Positions 20,791 through 29,710 of a DNA stretch of 64,000 nucleotides are shown here, piece after piece (the stretch's first letter is position 1; the number at the start of each line of letters is the position of its first letter). The stretch lies in assembly GCA_964346275.1 (NCBI GenBank), contig CAYFUR010000001.1, positions 11,793 through 75,792 of the forward strand, given 5' to 3'. The DNA comes from an uncultured Candidatus Sumerlaeota bacterium. Its GTDB lineage: Bacteria > Sumerlaeota > Sumerlaeia > SLMS01. Below the pieces are notes generated by a model. That model was not told the DNA's origin. It searched no databases and was given only the letters and a program-made list of their open reading frames with translations. Both the position numbers and the translations under genes were made by a program.

Positions 20791-22368
20791 TTAATGGGTT
20801 CCGATCCAGCGGAATGTTGCCGACTTCGGGTGCTGGCCAGTCATTTCCACACCACGTTGATTGTGGGCCAGGTGTTGGAGAATCTTGAAAGTTGTCTCCG
20901 AATCCGCTTGCGCTTTCGAGGCCCAGCCTTCCGCCGTTTCGGAAACATCCGGGGTTTCGCTCAGTGTCTTGATTAAGTTCTTTTGCATGTCCAGTATAGA
21001 CGCAGCGGCTTTTTTCCCCGCCTCGACACCGGGCTGGTGATAGGCGTTGATGTTCACCAGTGAGGCGTAAAAGCCAACGGCCCGCTCGAAGAGCGCGATC
21101 AGCGCGCCGAGTGTATAGGCATTCACTTCCTCGATGGTGATGGTTGCGTTCAGGCGGTTTTTCTCGGAAAGAGCCTGGCGCGTTCCCTGGTAGAACCCTG
21201 ACAGATAATCGCCGCTGGTCACCAGGGGTTCGACCTCGAACAACGCGTTGCCGCCATCTTTCAAGACTTCGACAAAAATGAGAAAGAAATTATCGATGCC
21301 GTCTCGAAGCTGCTGGACGTAGGCGTGCTGGTCCGTCGATCCCTTGTTGCCATAGACGGTCATGCCCTGTTCCACAACACGGCCTTCCAGGTCTTTCTCC
21401 TTGCCGAGCGATTCCATCACGAGTTGCTGGAGATAGCGGCTGAAGAGTAAAAGGCGGTCCTTGTAGGGAAGGATCACCATGTCCTTTTCGCCGCGCCCAC
21501 CGGTGGCAAAATGCCAGAAAAGCGAGAGAAGCGCGGAGGGGTTGTCGCGTGTCTCGCGCGTTCGGGTCGCCTGGTCCATATCGCGCGCACCGGCCAGGAA
21601 GGATTGGATATCCACGCCTTGCAGCCCAGCGGGCAGCAAGCCAACCGCCGACATGATACTTGTCCGACCACCAACCCAGTCGTACATCGGCAGCCGATCG
21701 ATCCAGCCGTTTTCCCTGGCGTATTGATCCAGCTTGCTGCCCTCGCCGGTAATGGCGATGGCGTGCTTGCCGAATTCCAATTCAACCCGCCGATAGGCTT
21801 CCTCGGCGAGGAGCATCCCGTTCCGTGTTTCCGGCGTGCCGCCGGATTTGCTGATGACGAGACAGATTGTGCAGTGGAGTTCCCCCGCGAGTTGTCTCAA
21901 GGTGCGCTGAACGCCGTCGGGATCCGTGTTGTCCAGGAAGAAGGGCTTCAGGTGGTCTTTGTCGCCCTGGGATAATGCGTCGGCGACGAGTTGCGGGCCG
22001 AGAGCGCTCCCCCCGATTCCAATGACCAGCAGGTTCTTGAAACGCCCGCCGCCCGGCGGAGCGATGTCATTGTTTTTGACGGCGTTTACGAGGCCGAACA
22101 GCCGCTGATTGTCGGTCTTGACCTGCTCGCGAAGTTTTTCATCCGGGATGCGTTCCAGGTCGCGCAGCCAGTAATGGCCTACCATGCGATCTTCGTCGGG
22201 ATTGGCGATCGCCCCGCCCTCGAGAGCCTCCATGGCATCATAGGCCTTCTGCATGGCCGGTTCCATGCGGGCGAGGTATTCCTCGTCGAGGCCCGAACGG
22301 CTGTAATCAAAAGCGACCAGATACTCTTTCGGAACGCAGTAGTATTCAAAAAAACGGCTGGAAGCCAT
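20791..22368 (-). CDS. pgi: Glucose-6-phosphate isomerase
   Basis: [45 protein letters not shown]. Confidence 0.96.
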   Translation of the reverse strand: MASSRFFEYYCVPKEYLVAFDYSRSGLDEEYLARMEPAMQKAYDAMEALEGGAIANPDEDRMVGHYWLRDLERIPDEKLREQVKTDNQRLFGLVNAVKNNDIAPPGGGRFKNLLVIGIGGSALGPQLVADALSQGDKDHLKPFFLDNTDPDGVQRTLRQLAGELHCTICLVISKSGGTPETRNGMLLAEEAYRRVELEFGKHAIAITGEGSKLDQYARENGWIDRLPMYDWVGGRTSIMSAVGLLPAGLQGVDIQSFLAGARDMDQATRTRETRDNPSALLSLFWHFATGGRGEKDMVILPYKDRLLLFSRYLQQLVMESLGKEKDLEGRVVEQGMTVYGNKGSTDQHAYVQQLRDGIDNFFLIFVEVLKDGGNALFEVEPLVTSGDYLSGFYQGTRQALSEKNRLNATITIEEVNAYTLGALIALFERAVGFYASLVNINAYHQPGVEAGKKAAASILDMQKNLIKTLSETPDVSETAEGWASKAQADSETTFKILQHLAHNQRGVEMTGQHPKSATFRWIGTH

Positions 22369-22399
22369 AGATTCACCTCTTGATTTCTAAACTGGAAAC

Positions 22400-23188
22400 T
22401 CAGTCTCCGGCGAGCATGTCGCCCAGGCCACCAAGCACGGAACCTTCGCCCTGGCGTTTTCCGCCTCCCTGGGGAGCCGCCTTATAGATGCGGCCGGCAA
22501 GGCGGGAGAAGGGAAGCGACTGAAGGAAAACGCGGCCGGGCCCCTTCAACACGGCAAAAAACAACCCTTCACCACCGAAAAGCGCACTCTTCAGCCCGCC
22601 AACGTATTGAATGTCATAGCCGACGTTCTGCTGGAAGGCGACGATGCAGCCGGTATCGACGCGCATCTGCTCGTTGGGGCCGAGATCGAAATAATGCACG
22701 GTTCCCCCCGCGTGGACAAAGGCGAGGCCATCGCCTTCCAACTTCTGGAGGATGAACCCTTCGCCGCCGAACAGGCCCGCGCCGAATCGTTTCGTGAACG
22801 CGACAGAGACGTCCACGCCCAGGGCGGAGCAAAGATAGCTATCTTTCTGGCAAAGCATCGTGCCGTATTGCGAAAGATCCAGAGGAATAATCTTGCCAGG
22901 GTAGGGAGCGGCGAATGCCACCGTGGATTTGTCGCCGGATCCCTTGTGCGTATAGTAGGTGAGAAACAGGGATTCGCCGGTGAGCATGCGTTTTCCCGCG
23001 CCCAGCAGCTTGCCCATGAAACCTTCATCGCCGCCGCTCATCTTTGTTTCCATTTCGATTCCCTGGCGCATATACATCATGGAGCCAGCTTCGGAAACCA
23101 CGGTTTCACCGGGGTCGAGGATGACCTCGACAAACTGCATATCATCGCCATGCATTGTGTATTCGACTTCATCGGCTTTATTGGCCAT
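22400..23188 (-). CDS. AIM24 / TIGR00266 family protein
   Basis: [41 protein letters not shown]. Confidence 0.9.
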   Translation of the reverse strand: MANKADEVEYTMHGDDMQFVEVILDPGETVVSEAGSMMYMRQGIEMETKMSGGDEGFMGKLLGAGKRMLTGESLFLTYYTHKGSGDKSTVAFAAPYPGKIIPLDLSQYGTMLCQKDSYLCSALGVDVSVAFTKRFGAGLFGGEGFILQKLEGDGLAFVHAGGTVHYFDLGPNEQMRVDTGCIVAFQQNVGYDIQYVGGLKSALFGGEGLFFAVLKGPGRVFLQSLPFSRLAGRIYKAAPQGGGKRQGEGSVLGGLGDMLAGD

Positions 23189-23272
23189 TTGCGAACTCCT
23201 CTCGGGTTACAATCATGTCGGCCTATGATCTGCCGCGACCCTGGTGGAGTCCGCAAGAGTTTCCAGGAGAAA

Positions 23273-23662
23273 TCAAGCAGCTTCTGATTCGCGATTGCGG
23301 CGCGCCTGGATGAACGAATTGACGCAGAGGCCGAGAAAAGCCGCGGAGAGCACCAGCATGATGAACTGCGTCACCGCCGCACCGGGGCGGTCCACTTCTC
23401 CGCCGGAAAGCATCGCGATCACGCCCATGGTGCTTTTCGCGGTGCCCAGAATGGCAAGCAGCGCAAGCACCGAAGCCGCGTGCATGACGTGCTTCCGCCA
23501 GGTCTCTTTGATGCCCGCCAGGATTCCCAGGATCAGAAAGACGACGCCAAAGAAGGAAGGGATCAGGGCTGTAATGCTTTCCTGACCGGTTATCAAGTAG
23601 GCAGCCACACCCAGAATGATCAACAGAAGGGCATAGATGTTCGTGAGAGTCGGCATCGGCAT
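23273..23662 (-). CDS. Small 4-TM membrane protein
   Basis: Four hydrophobic helices with SITALIPSFFG and RKHVMH motifs. Confidence 0.75.
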   Translation of the reverse strand: MPMPTLTNIYALLLIILGVAAYLITGQESITALIPSFFGVVFLILGILAGIKETWRKHVMHAASVLALLAILGTAKSTMGVIAMLSGGEVDRPGAAVTQFIMLVLSAAFLGLCVNSFIQARRNRESEAA

Positions 23663-23738
23663 GAGTTTTTTCCTTTGAATCGAGATCTATTCTGAACCAT
23701 CGACTGTAAAAGGAGCCAGTTTCGTGCACCGTGGGACG

Positions 23739-23773
23739 AAAAAAAAGAAAAGGGGCTCCCGTGGAGGAGCCCC
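23739..23773 (-). terminator. Rho-independent terminator after metK
   Basis: GGGGCTCC/GGAGCCCC stem followed by TTTTCTTTTTTTT on the - strand. Confidence 0.85.
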
Positions 23774-23798
23774 AGAGCATTGCGGGTCGTTCCGTGCC

Positions 23799-24983
23799 TC
23801 AGCCCTTGCGGAGCTTCTTGGCCAAGTCGGTTTTCTCCCACGTGAATTCCTTCTCGTTACGGCCGAAGTGGCCATAGGCACTTGTCAGATGGAAAATCGG
23901 CCGGGTGAGTTTCAGGTATTCGATAATGGCGTAGGGACGCAGATCCATGTGCTTGGACAGGAGGCGCGAGATTTCCTGGTCGGTCAGACCCTCTTTCGCT
24001 GTGCCGAAGGTATCGACGCGAACCGAGGTCGGGTTGGCCACGCCAATGGCGTAGGAAAGCTGGACTTCGCAGCGCTTGGCAAAGCCGGCCGCCACGACAT
24101 TCTTGGCGAGGTAGCGCGCCATGTAAGTGGCTGAGCGGTCGACCTTGGAGGCGTCCTTTCCAGAGAAGGCGCCACCGCCATGGCGTCCCATGCCCCCATA
24201 GGTATCCACGATAATCTTGCGGCCGGTGAGGCCGGAATCGCCGTGAGGGCCGCCGATGACGAACCGCCCGGTGGGGTTCACGTGAATCTTCATCTTGTTG
24301 TCGACGAGATCGGAGGGCAGGACCTTCCTGATGATTTCCTCGGTAATGCCTTCGGTGATCTCTTTGCTCTTCACTTCCGGGTCGTGCTGGGTGGAAACGA
24401 CAACGGTGTCCACGCGCACGGGTTGGTGATTCTCATCATACTCCAGAGTGACCTGGCTTTTGCCATCGGGGCGCAGCCACTTGAGCGTTCCCTTGCGGCG
24501 CGCGTCGGCCAGGCGCTTGGTCAGCTTGTGGGCATACTCGATGGGGGCGGGCATCAGTTCTTTTGTTTCGTCGCAGGCATAGCCGAACATCATGCCCTGG
24601 TCCCCGGCGCCCTGAGCTTTCGGGTTCTTGCGGTCGACCCCTCGCCCGATGTCTTTGCTCTGAGCGTGGAGGGCGTTGAGCACGCCGCAGGAATTGTAGT
24701 CAAAACGATATTCCGGCTTGTTGTAGCCAATCCGCTTAATCGCGTCGCGGACAGTGTTTTCGACTTTTTCCATATCCAGCGGAATGGAGGTCTTGACCTC
24801 GCCGCCGACGACAACCAGGCCGGTGGTGACAAAGGTTTCGCAGGCCACGCGGCTTCGGTTGGCGTTCTTGCCATCTTCTGTTAAGATGAGATCAAGGACC
24901 GCATCGCTGATCGCATCGCTGACTTTGTCCGGGTGGCCTTCGGTCACGGACTCTGACGTGAAAAGACTTACGTTTTTCTTCAT
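23799..24983 (-). CDS. metK: S-adenosylmethionine synthetase
   Basis: [42 protein letters not shown]. True start MKKNVSLF (24983) behind AAGGA. Confidence 0.97.
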   Translation of the reverse strand: MKKNVSLFTSESVTEGHPDKVSDAISDAVLDLILTEDGKNANRSRVACETFVTTGLVVVGGEVKTSIPLDMEKVENTVRDAIKRIGYNKPEYRFDYNSCGVLNALHAQSKDIGRGVDRKNPKAQGAGDQGMMFGYACDETKELMPAPIEYAHKLTKRLADARRKGTLKWLRPDGKSQVTLEYDENHQPVRVDTVVVSTQHDPEVKSKEITEGITEEIIRKVLPSDLVDNKMKIHVNPTGRFVIGGPHGDSGLTGRKIIVDTYGGMGRHGGGAFSGKDASKVDRSATYMARYLAKNVVAAGFAKRCEVQLSYAIGVANPTSVRVDTFGTAKEGLTDQEISRLLSKHMDLRPYAIIEYLKLTRPIFHLTSAYGHFGRNEKEFTWEKTDLAKKLRKG

Positions 24984-25190
24984 AGGCTCATCCTTGTTAG
25001 TTTCTGGCTGGCTTTTTAAAGCTCGTTTAAAAAACCGCACTGTTTGACCGTGGCGATTGAGCAGAGGGGGGCCCCTTGGTGCAAGGAATTTAAGCCTCTC
25101 CTTGCGACTTCGCTGGTAAAACGATATGTGGAGATGCGCCGACTCGTGCGGTTCTTCTCTCCATTCGCCGGGATCGTACCTACAAAAGAC

Positions 25191-25943
25191 ATGATGAAAT
25201 CCAACTCCTCGCTCTATGCGAATCCATCCCTTTACGGTCTTGTTTTTCCAAGTGATCAGGAGCCTGCCGATTTCTATTCCAAAATAATAGACGGAACGAA
25301 AGGGCCAGTTATCGACCTTGGATGCGGGAACGGAGAGTTGTCGTTCCAATTGAGCCGGCGCAGCCGCCGCTTCACCGCAGGAGTCGATCTTTCGCTCGAA
25401 TTGCTTCGCGGCCGGCCGGCGGACTTTCCCTGCATTCAGGGGGATATCATGTCGCTCCCGTTCCAATGTTCTTCCGCGGGAGTCCTGATCTCTTGCTTGT
25501 TTGCGCCTTCCTATGCCGTCGCTTCAAAGCCCGAAAAAGCCGCGGACCGCCTGGAAGTTTTAGCCAGTGAAATCAGGCGTGTCCTGAAAGGCGATGGCCG
25601 CGTGGCAGCGGAGTTGCCGCTGGCTTATCGCCCGCGCCGCTTGCAGGGAATCGAAGAACGCGCGACACTCTCTGAAACGGTTCACTACCGCTTTGAATAT
25701 TTGGACGTGATCCTGAAAACGAAGTTTGGGGCGGTGTTGAGTTCACACATTGAAGTCACCACCGACGATGGAGTCTGGGAAGTCGATGATCCGCTTCACG
25801 TATTTACGCCGGAGGGCGCTCGCCGGTGGTTCGAGAAGATGGGCCTCTCGGATGTTCACTTTTGCGCATCCTACGATTTGTCCACCAGGACGAGAACTCC
25901 GCCGGACGATTGCCTACGTGCTGTGGCCATCGCTCAACCTTGA
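25191..25943 (+). CDS. Class I SAM-dependent methyltransferase
   Basis: [30 protein letters not shown]. Divergent from metK. Confidence 0.8.
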   Translation: MMKSNSSLYANPSLYGLVFPSDQEPADFYSKIIDGTKGPVIDLGCGNGELSFQLSRRSRRFTAGVDLSLELLRGRPADFPCIQGDIMSLPFQCSSAGVLISCLFAPSYAVASKPEKAADRLEVLASEIRRVLKGDGRVAAELPLAYRPRRLQGIEERATLSETVHYRFEYLDVILKTKFGAVLSSHIEVTTDDGVWEVDDPLHVFTPEGARRWFEKMGLSDVHFCASYDLSTRTRTPPDDCLRAVAIAQP

Positions 25944-27658
25944 GTCCCCGGCGGGGGAGGAGCGGCCGCGCCGTCGATGGTGGCGAATGGGAAATCGGAG
26001 CGATCAATGCGCGGGATCTTTTCCGGAGCTTTCCAAAAAGCTCCGGCGATAAGAACTCCCGCGATCCCGAAAAAGAAAAGATAGCCGCCAAGGGCGCGCC
26101 CCGTTTCATCCGTCTCACTCCAGATTTGAAGCTTTTGTAGCGGATGCATTCCGAAGCCGATTTCTCCCGTTGCTCGCCAGTCTTTCAGCCGAGAGGGGGG
26201 CCAAAGATCCAGCCTGCCGGAGTAAAAGGCCCGGTGTGCCTGCCAGTGGGGGACATAGAGATCCGTGCTGAAGGACGCTTTCGCCAAAACCGAGTCCGGA
26301 TTGCTTTGGGGAATCTGGGGGTCGTAGAGCGAAAGGGGGAGGGACAGCGCCAGGCTGAGCACGCCAGCAGCGAGAGTCGCGGGCCAGAGCAGTTTCGCGG
26401 GAACTTTTCGCTCGCCTCTTCTCCTTTTCAGAGGCCGCGCCATTTCTCCCAGTCCCAGAAGAACAAAGGGGAGCATGGGAATCATCAGCCGCGGCCCCAT
26501 GGCCCAGCCGCCCCACCACATATAATACCCTGCATTGAAAACCAGGTAGGCGGTAAAGCACCAGATTCCCAGCCAGCCGGCCAGGCGCCGCTTGCCGTGC
26601 TCGCGGGTTGCTTTCACGCAGCCAGCCAACCCAAACAAAACGATTGGTGACCAAAAAAGAAGTCCGCGAAATGGATGCAAAGTCATGTAATACAGCGGCG
26701 CCAGTTCCGGCGCCTGGACGCCCATGAATCCCTGGGCCATGCCTTCGCGGAATCGCTGGCTCGCCTCGTATTCATAGGGAATCGTGAATTCGCCAAAAAT
26801 CACGAAACAATAAGCGAAAAAGAAGGAGAGTGGAAGCAGGACACCGGCCCAGAAAGTGGTGGCGTGAATCGAAAGGCGGCGAATCGGCGTCCGGTGTCCC
26901 GTCATTTCCGCGAATGCCCGCGAGCCGAACAGGCCGCCCTGGTCTGCGAGCCGGAGGAGCCAGATCACCCCGATCCCGAAAACGGCGAGCCCGAAGGTCA
27001 AATCGCAAAGCAGGCTGTAGCCCAAAAGCAAACCGATCGCAAAGCAGTTGAGCGGCGTCATCCGCCGGGCGGGCGGAAAAAAGATGAGCCAGAGCGCGGC
27101 GAGCGCCGAGGCGAGGCCGGGCATGTAGGGATAGAAGACCGTTCCGTAGCCGAACCACATGGTGCCAAAGACGGAAAATGCCGTCAGTGCGACGGCCCGC
27201 CGAGGGGGACAGCCAAGGCGGGCAAGGAGAAGGAAAAACAGCGCGGCGGCAAACGCGCCGGGAGCCGCGACGGCAGCCGTTTTCATTAAGGCGTGGCCGC
27301 CCGCAAAACCCAGTGTGTCGGGAGTCACCAGATTGCCAAGCCAGTAGAAAGGAAGGGCGAGCAGGGAGACGCCGAAGATTTTGTCGCTGTAATACGTTCC
27401 TTTGAAAAGTGCTTTGTCTCCCGTGGCGTAAGGCGCCCTGTCATGGTATTGATCAAGAGAGAGTGTCCCATCACGGACGACTGCGAAGACAAGGTCGAGC
27501 CGGGTATTGACGTTCCAACCCGTTTCCGGGTGATAGACGAAGGCCATGGTGAAAAAGACGGCGAGAAAAAGGCACACCGCCGCCCACGGGAGCGAGGGTT
27601 TTCGCTGCCAACCGCCTGCTGCTGATGTTTTGTTTTTTCGAGACGAGTCTTCCGCCAC
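25934..27658 (-). CDS. Multi-pass membrane protein, possible GT-C-fold glycosyltransferase
   Basis: Ten or more TM segments, first loop GDKA..KGTYYSDK, late WWGGWAMGPRL motif. Confidence 0.65.
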   Translation of the reverse strand: MAEDSSRKNKTSAAGGWQRKPSLPWAAVCLFLAVFFTMAFVYHPETGWNVNTRLDLVFAVVRDGTLSLDQYHDRAPYATGDKALFKGTYYSDKIFGVSLLALPFYWLGNLVTPDTLGFAGGHALMKTAAVAAPGAFAAALFFLLLARLGCPPRRAVALTAFSVFGTMWFGYGTVFYPYMPGLASALAALWLIFFPPARRMTPLNCFAIGLLLGYSLLCDLTFGLAVFGIGVIWLLRLADQGGLFGSRAFAEMTGHRTPIRRLSIHATTFWAGVLLPLSFFFAYCFVIFGEFTIPYEYEASQRFREGMAQGFMGVQAPELAPLYYMTLHPFRGLLFWSPIVLFGLAGCVKATREHGKRRLAGWLGIWCFTAYLVFNAGYYMWWGGWAMGPRLMIPMLPFVLLGLGEMARPLKRRRGERKVPAKLLWPATLAAGVLSLALSLPLSLYDPQIPQSNPDSVLAKASFSTDLYVPHWQAHRAFYSGRLDLWPPSRLKDWRATGEIGFGMHPLQKLQIWSETDETGRALGGYLFFFGIAGVLIAGAFWKAPEKIPRIDRSDFPFATIDGAAAPPPPGTQG

Positions 27659-27760
27659 GATATCTCAATCCACGAAAGTGGCCCGGCTGATTGCCGGGCG
27701 GCTCATGCCCTTGCCTTGCAGGGCGTCACAGGTCAATCCGGTTTGAAAGAAATCTGGGAG

Positions 27761-27816
27761 AATAAGAAAAGCCGGCCCGCAAAAGGTGTCTTATTCAAGA
27801 CTTATGCGGGCCGGCT
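27761..27816 (-). terminator. Rho-independent terminator after the RHH/H1-like gene
   Basis: 12-bp stem AGCCGGCCCGCA/TGCGGGCCGGCT followed by TTTCTTATT on the - strand. Confidence 0.75.
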
Positions 27817-27850
27817 GGGTGATTCAGGGAATTCTGATTTCCTCAAGGCC

Positions 27851-28375
27851 TTACTTCTTGCCCTTCTTGGTCTTTTTGGCGCGGGAAGCCGTTGTGGTTT
27901 TCTTGCTTCCACGAGCCCGGGATTTGGCCGCGGGCTTTGTCGACTTCTTGGCGGTTGCCCGGGCGGTCTTCGGTGCAGCCTTGCGGGCTGTGGTCTTCTT
28001 GGTTGCGGCTTTCTTAGCCGGTGCGCGCTTGGCTGTGGTCTTCTTGGCAGTGGTTTTCTTAGCCGGAGACTTCTTGGCGGTCGTCTTTTTGGCTGTGGTC
28101 TTCTTGGTTGCGGCTTTCTTAGCCGGTGCGCGCTTGGCTGTGGTCTTCTTGGCAGTGGTTTTCTTGGCGGTTGTGCGCTTCTTGGGCGCGGCCGCTTTCT
28201 TGGCTTTGGCTTTCGCCTTTGCCTTTGCTTTGGCCTTGGAAGGTGGATTCTTCTTTACGTAATCGCGCAGGGCGCCGCGAACGACGTCGGCGATCGTTGT
28301 TTCCTCGGCCACAGTGGAGACCTTCACCTTCTGCAGAAGGTCCTGGTCGATTCGGACAGTGAGGAGCTTGTCCAT
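27851..28375 (-). CDS. Ribbon-helix-helix domain fused to a Lys/Ala/Thr-rich histone H1-like tail
   Basis: N-terminus [15 protein letters not shown]...[15 protein letters not shown] fits the RHH pattern. About 130 aa of [15 protein letters not shown] repeats follow. Perfect SD AAGGAGGTGA. Confidence 0.85.
   Translation of the reverse strand: MDKLLTVRIDQDLLQKVKVSTVAEETTIADVVRGALRDYVKKNPPSKAKAKAKAKAKAKKAAAPKKRTTAKKTTAKKTTAKRAPAKKAATKKTTAKKTTAKKSPAKKTTAKKTTAKRAPAKKAATKKTTARKAAPKTARATAKKSTKPAAKSRARGSKKTTTASRAKKTKKGKK
27986..28165. repeat. Exact 75-bp direct repeat (27986-28060 and 28091-28165) inside a 15-bp-unit tandem array
   Basis: The two copies, starting GGCTGTGGTCTTCTTGGTTG and ending GGCAGTGGTTTTCTT, are identical with a 105-bp period. 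They encode the pentapeptide repeats. Confidence 0.9.
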
Positions 28376-28408
28376 TTAAATCACCTCCTTATCGTGAGTA
28401 AAGATATA

Positions 28409-28436
28409 AATATAGCGATCTATACCGCTCCGTCAA
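28409..28436 (-). promoter_or_regulatory. Sigma70-type promoter of the RHH/H1-like gene
   Basis: TTGACG (28436-28431), 16-bp spacer, TATATT (28414-28409), in an AT-rich patch. Confidence 0.6.
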
Positions 28437-28461
28437 CGATTTTTTCTGTTCCGAGGGAAAT

Positions 28462-28470
28462 TGTGGATAA
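28462..28470 (-). promoter_or_regulatory. Perfect DnaA box TTATCCACA
   Basis: TGTGGATAA on the + strand, 25 bp upstream of the predicted -35. Confidence 0.45.
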
Positions 28471-28579
28471 ATGGCGGGCGGACTTAATTAAATGTATCAG
28501 CACAGAAAAGTAGGGCTTTTCTCGCTTTGAGAAGCGCGGATTCCACCTCTGAAATGAAGAGAATTGCGTCTACACAGCG

Positions 28580-29710
28580 CTATTTGGCGAGTTTACGGCA
28601 GATGGTTTCATGCATATCGCGAGCCGTTTCTTCCCAGGTGCGGCTTTGCTCGGGTTTGCGTGCCGAGCCAGTTCCAGCCGTCAAAGCACGCGCACATTGA
28701 TCGATAAAAGATTCCGGAGTTTCGGCAATATATGCCTCGTCGCGGTAGTCCTGTGCCACATCAGGAATCGGTGTGGAGACGACAGGGCGGCCGGCGGCGA
28801 GATATTCCGGCGTCTTCGTGGGGCTCATAAACCGCGTGAGCTCATTCACAAGCCAGGGGATCAAGCAGACATCGAATCCCCGGAGATATGCGGGCAGGAG
28901 ATCGTAAGACTTGGGGCCCAGCCAATGGAAGTTGGGTTCGCTGATCGGGATGCGATCAATCAGGACGAGCGGCCCGAGAAAAACGATCTGCCAGTGGCGC
29001 CGTTTCCGGCAGACCTCGGAAATCAGATCCCAGTCGATCCGCTCGTCCACCGCACCAAAATATCCAAGCCGCGGTCCCTCGATTTTCTCCAGATCCCGGG
29101 GGATTTCTCCCTCTTCGGCTCCTCTCGCAAAATGGTGAAAGTCAATTCCGCTGGGAAAGCAGAAGGCTTCATTATGCTTTCCTTCCACTTGGGAATGCAG
29201 GCTGCGGCCACCGGTGAAGACGAGGTCGGCTTTTTCCAGGACTTTTCTTTCCCGTTCCTCAACGCGGGGGTCAGAGCTTCGGAAGGATTTGAACGGGTCC
29301 ATGACATCATAGACGACGAGGTCGTGGGGAAGGCGGTCGATCTCGTCGACATAGGCGGGATTCTGGAGCCAAAGAACGCGCCGTCCTTCGGCGTCGTTTG
29401 CAAGGTGTGGACGGGCTTTCGCACGCAGGAGCGACATGGTCACCTTTCGCGGGAATTCCGCTCTTTTCGTAAAAGGCATGAAGGGGAGATTTTGCGCAAG
29501 GAGCGTTGCTTTCTTCGCGGTATAGATGCGTTCCTGCAGGCGCATGGTCATATAGCGCCGGAATCCCACCAGGGCGAAGTAGACCACCTCGTCGCCGAGT
29601 CGCGCGAACTGCGTCATCAACTGCTGGGGACGCTGGAAAAGGTTTCGCTCCCAGGCAAGATGCGACAAAGCCACGATTCGCAACGGCTGGGAAGGTGTGG
29701 ATTCATTCAT
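28580..29710 (-). CDS. GT-B fold glycosyltransferase (GT4-like)
   Basis: FQRPQQL, VYDVMD, GYFGAVDERID, PTKTPEYLAAGRPVVST. Confidence 0.88.
   Translation of the reverse strand: MNESTPSQPLRIVALSHLAWERNLFQRPQQLMTQFARLGDEVVYFALVGFRRYMTMRLQERIYTAKKATLLAQNLPFMPFTKRAEFPRKVTMSLLRAKARPHLANDAEGRRVLWLQNPAYVDEIDRLPHDLVVYDVMDPFKSFRSSDPRVEERERKVLEKADLVFTGGRSLHSQVEGKHNEAFCFPSGIDFHHFARGAEEGEIPRDLEKIEGPRLGYFGAVDERIDWDLISEVCRKRRHWQIVFLGPLVLIDRIPISEPNFHWLGPKSYDLLPAYLRGFDVCLIPWLVNELTRFMSPTKTPEYLAAGRPVVSTPIPDVAQDYRDEAYIAETPESFIDQCARALTAGTGSARKPEQSRTWEETARDMHETICRKLAK

Noticed and set aside
24984-25466. 160 aa N-terminal extension of MetK in the ORF track (similar extensions for tpiA, the MalK-type ATPase, acnA, the thioesterase, the phosphoesterase and the ABC exporter)
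   Set aside because: The extensions have no family signal and several overlap divergent genes. Better starts exist at the family-typical N-termini.
27940-28240. Repeat array as a possible CRISPR
   Set aside because: The units are in-frame 15-bp coding repeats without unique spacers, and there are no cas genes.
27786-28262. Hydrophobic repetitive ORF (AVVFL repeats) resembling a membrane protein
   Set aside because: It is the antisense reading of the Lys/Ala-rich repeat gene. The SD, promoter and terminator all support the - strand gene.
28376-28580. Replication origin (oriC) around the DnaA box
   Set aside because: Only one perfect box in a short gap, with no box cluster and no dnaA/dnaN/gidA context.
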